Positions 61,225 to 64,000 of a stretch of DNA of 64,000 nucleotides are shown here, in pieces. The stretch is from an uncultured Chthonomonadaceae bacterium (GTDB taxonomy: Bacteria > Armatimonadota > Chthonomonadetes > Chthonomonadales > Chthonomonadaceae). The number at the start of each line of letters is the position of its first letter. Position 1 is the first letter of the stretch. The translations under genes were made by a program, and so were the position numbers. The notes under the pieces are model-generated. The model searched no databases and was not told the origin of the DNA. It saw only the letters and a list, made by a program, of their open reading frames with translations. The stretch lies in contig CAWFQB010000005.1 in NCBI GenBank assembly GCA_963817895.1, positions 352,001-416,000 of the forward strand, given 5' to 3'.

Positions 61225-63018
61225 ATGGACTGGCATGAAACCGACCCGCTGCCGTTGCGCGACCCGCAATCGCCGCTCACGCTGAATACAGAGGAGACTA
61301 CGGAAACGGCGGCAACCCCGACGGTTCCTTTCGCGCCACCTGCGGGAAGCAGTTTCGCGTCTCAACCGGCTGCTCTCTGGCATGACATGGCGCAGGGCGA
61401 AAATCGGGAGGCAGGGTCGGCGCAGGCGTTCCCGTACCCGCATCCGATCTATCAATCACCCGTACCCTCTTTTGGCTTACAGTCCCCCGCCAATTCCCAT
61501 ATTCCCCTTGTTGCGCCGCCCGCTTCCGCGTTCGCGCCCGGAACCGTATCGCAAATGCCCTCCGAAACAATGGCGCAGACCGAAACGGTCAACGCGGTCA
61601 TCTGGCAGAAACTGTCGCATCTGGTGCATACGCCGCCGCGCTATGACGGCTTATGGCCTGTTCTGACGTTTGTGGCGAGCGTCGGCCTGTTCGCGTCCCT
61701 GATTTCCGCGAACGTCTGGATGCTGCTGCCCTGGCTGCTGCTGCTCGGCGCATCCCTGAAAATCAACCGCGTCCATGCCGTCAAGGAGCATACCCGCGAC
61801 GCGATCAACATGGCCCCCTTCGATTTGCGCTGGGTCGGGCCACTGGCGCAGGCCATCAACTCGCCGCACAACCGCGTACAGGGCGTGTCCTCGCAAATTC
61901 TCAGCCACCTGCTGCCGCATCTGCGCCCTACAGACGCAGACCTGCTGAACCCGCAGCAGCGGGCCGCGCTGAACCAGAGATTGATCGAGAACAAGCCGCG
62001 CGACAGCGATCTGAACGTCGCCATTCTGGCCGCTTGGGAGAACATAGGCGATCAGGAATCGGTTGCTTATGTGGATCGGCTGGCGCATGGATGGGCGTGG
62101 CCGGGCGGTCAGAAGCAGGTGCAGGAAGCCGCCCAAAAATGCCTGCTCACATTGGAAAAACGGCTGGAAGCGGAACAGGGGACGCGCGTTTCCCATGTCG
62201 AAGCGATTGCCGAAGAGAAAGCGGAAAACACGGTTCAAACGGCGGGAACGCGGGCGGTCAACAAAAAGGTCAGCGAACAGCTTGAAAAACTGGATGAAGA
62301 GCGCCGCAAGCACAGCAACCCCGGAATGCGAATGGGATTTCTGATCGCGTCGTGGGTGTTCATTGTGCCTTTTACCGCGTGGATGGCCTACACGACCTTC
62401 AATACAAACTGGAAACTGGGCGCTTCATGGGCGGTTTTGAGCCTTATTTCCACCCAACTGCACCGCCTCACCCTGTCCCTGCGCCAGTCCGAAGAGGCCA
62501 AAAAACTGGCGCAAATGAACGACGTGCGGGGCGTGGGAACACTGGCCGAAGCGCTGGAATGGCCCGATGCAAGCACACAGCGCGTGGCGGCGGCGGCTTT
62601 GACGCGCCTGCTTCCCCGCATGACCGCGTCCGATGGCACTCTGCTCAATTCCAGACAACGCGCGATTTTGTACAACATCCTGCGCAAGCGCAACGCGCGC
62701 TCACAGGAACCGCTTATCAAAGCCATTCTGGAGGCGCTGAAGCAGATCGGCGACCATGCCGCCATTCCCGCCGTTGAGCGATTGACAGACCTGCCCGCAA
62801 CCTCGCAGCGCAACATCAGAATACGTGATCTTGCCATTGATACCAGGCAATTTCTGGATACAACCGCGCAGCAGCAGAGCATCAGTTCCACGCTTTTGCG
62901 CGCGTCCTCCGCCCACGAAACCCCCTCCGAACTCCTGCTGCGCGGCGCGATGCTGAACCCCGATGAGGCCCCGCAACAACTCCTTCGCGCCAGCGTTTCG
63001 GAAGAGGGGAAGGGGTAG
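61225..63018 (+). CDS. Membrane protein with two TM-hairpin plus HEAT-like modules and a triple LLRAS tail
   Basis: Duplicated D.R.VG.LA.A...LLP.....D..LLN..QRA.L...AIL.A...IGD module; Pro-rich N-terminus. Confidence 0.75.
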   Translation: MDWHETDPLPLRDPQSPLTLNTEETTETAATPTVPFAPPAGSSFASQPAALWHDMAQGENREAGSAQAFPYPHPIYQSPVPSFGLQSPANSHIPLVAPPASAFAPGTVSQMPSETMAQTETVNAVIWQKLSHLVHTPPRYDGLWPVLTFVASVGLFASLISANVWMLLPWLLLLGASLKINRVHAVKEHTRDAINMAPFDLRWVGPLAQAINSPHNRVQGVSSQILSHLLPHLRPTDADLLNPQQRAALNQRLIENKPRDSDLNVAILAAWENIGDQESVAYVDRLAHGWAWPGGQKQVQEAAQKCLLTLEKRLEAEQGTRVSHVEAIAEEKAENTVQTAGTRAVNKKVSEQLEKLDEERRKHSNPGMRMGFLIASWVFIVPFTAWMAYTTFNTNWKLGASWAVLSLISTQLHRLTLSLRQSEEAKKLAQMNDVRGVGTLAEALEWPDASTQRVAAAALTRLLPRMTASDGTLLNSRQRAILYNILRKRNARSQEPLIKAILEALKQIGDHAAIPAVERLTDLPATSQRNIRIRDLAIDTRQFLDTTAQQQSISSTLLRASSAHETPSELLLRGAMLNPDEAPQQLLRASVSEEGKG

Positions 63019-63051
63019 GTTGTTAGGTCGTTAAGTTGTTAGGTTGTTAGG
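63016..63051 (+). repeat. Octamer array (TAGGTTGT)n; reverse-complement relative at 50971-51004
   Basis: taggttgttaggtcgttaagttgttaggttgttagg. Confidence 0.8.
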
Positions 63052-64000
63052 GTTTCAGGTTTGATGGGGCAAACGCCTGCAATTCGGCGCAGGAGGCGAA
63101 GTTTTGGGCGGGGTTGTCGCCGCAGGCGGGCTTGCCGACAATGCGGACGGCTGTTGCCGAGATGGGCGCAAACGATACGGTAAACGGCTGGCCGCTTTTC
63201 AAGCCTTTGGAGTTTGTCGCGGTTGTGGCGGGATACGTGTCCAGAGTGGCGACGGTTTTCCATTCGCCACCCGGCGCGGTTTGCGCCTGAACTTGCGGCT
63301 TTCCCGCCGAGGTATCGAACCAGCCGCCGTCGTGGAAGGTCTTGCCGTGCATGAACGTGACGCGGCTGACCAGAACCGGCTTGTCGGTTGTAACGGCGAA
63401 CCAGTCTTCCTCGGCTCTGCTATGGTTGTAAGTAACGGCGAACGTGCCGGCATCGTCGTCGGCAATGCTGTCGAACGTATTGCCGGTTCGCGACGCGCTC
63501 ATGGCCGCGCCGCTGAAGGCGGACAATCCGCCAACTGCCGCGTGTCCCGGCAGGGGTATCCACACCTCATAGCGGCTTTTGCCGTCCCCGCCCACGTCCG
63601 CATACGAAGCAAGCAGCAGGGGCGTGATCTCTTTTTGTCCCGCCACATGCCCCTCCACCGTATAAATCGGATAGGGCGAATTGCGGGTTTGGGCTGTGGG
63701 CAGCAGCTTGAAATTGGTCGGGTTGTCGGTTGCCAGTTCCAGCTTTTTCAGGGGCGCGGCATTGAGGGCCAGAATCCAGCGCGAGTACGAGCGGCCCCTT
63801 TGTAATCACGGCCCTGCCCTCGTTCTCGTGATCGCCCAACACCAGTTTTGTCGGAATGGTCAGGTTCAGTTCAATCTTGTCATTCTTTTTCCACGCCTGC
63901 GTGAGCGTGACGTACTGCGCCCCTTTCGCTAACGGTTCCAGCCGAACACTTTTGCCGTTGACGCGCAGCGACTCCACATTCGACCATGCGGGAACGCGCA
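63047..64000 (-). CDS. C-terminal part of a GH127/GH146-like glycoside hydrolase (5' end outside window; frameshift near 63775)
   Basis: RVPAW...VNG...Y......WK.ND.IEL.L and GR.....GPLVLALD, followed by a beta-sandwich extension. Confidence 0.72.

Noticed and set aside
7766..63051. Short repeat arrays as CRISPR
   Set aside because: Units are 7-9 nt and directly tandem, with no unique spacers and no cas genes
3514..63780. About 20 frameshifts in mfd, cysM, galT, flgJ/K/L, fliW and others as pseudogenes or programmed frameshifts
   Set aside because: They are scattered single-base indels with no in-frame stops or other decay and no shared slippery motif; long-read consensus error is the simplest explanation. 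Read polishing would decide.

Overview
Bacterial chromosomal window, roughly 60% GC by eye. The gene content suggests Armatimonadota (inference): PEP-CTERM proteins, a flagellum with both FlgH/FlgI rings and FliW/CsrA, and large BTAD-NTPase-TPR regulators. From left to right it holds: a surface-glycosylation locus (GT2, four polytopic GT-C-like proteins, a methyltransferase); sugar epimerase, dehydrogenase, PhzF and PAS-GGDEF genes; a cysM-mec-[ThiS/MoaD-MoeB-rhodanese] sulfur-relay operon; galT; a SpoOM-like gene; a Phd-VapC toxin-antitoxin pair; fliC-fliD-fliS; mfd; an accessory block with a STAND regulator and an atypical ECF sigma factor; flgFGAHIJNKL-fliW-csrA; a second STAND regulator with two PEP-CTERM genes; an aldo/keto reductase; a non-canonical ars-like operon; an SGNH hydrolase; a TM-HEAT protein; and a GH127 fragment. 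About 20 single-base frameshifts in conserved genes look like long-read errors. Main observations: (1) two unrelated proteins 41 kb apart share an exactly spaced C-terminal 'LLRAS x9 LLRxA x10 LLRAS' tail; (2) a pervasive family of 7-9-mer tandem arrays is arranged as G-rich arm, spacer, C-rich arm, forming perfect hairpins between genes and chimeric in-frame inserts inside genes; (3) two MITEs have clear terminal inverted repeats (TIRs) and target-site duplications (TSDs); (4) a SARP-type repeat promoter precedes PEP-CTERM genes; (5) a ubiquitin-like/E1 fusion would need the neighbouring JAMM protease. I saw no rRNA, tRNA or CRISPR array. All family calls come from motif recognition, not database searches.
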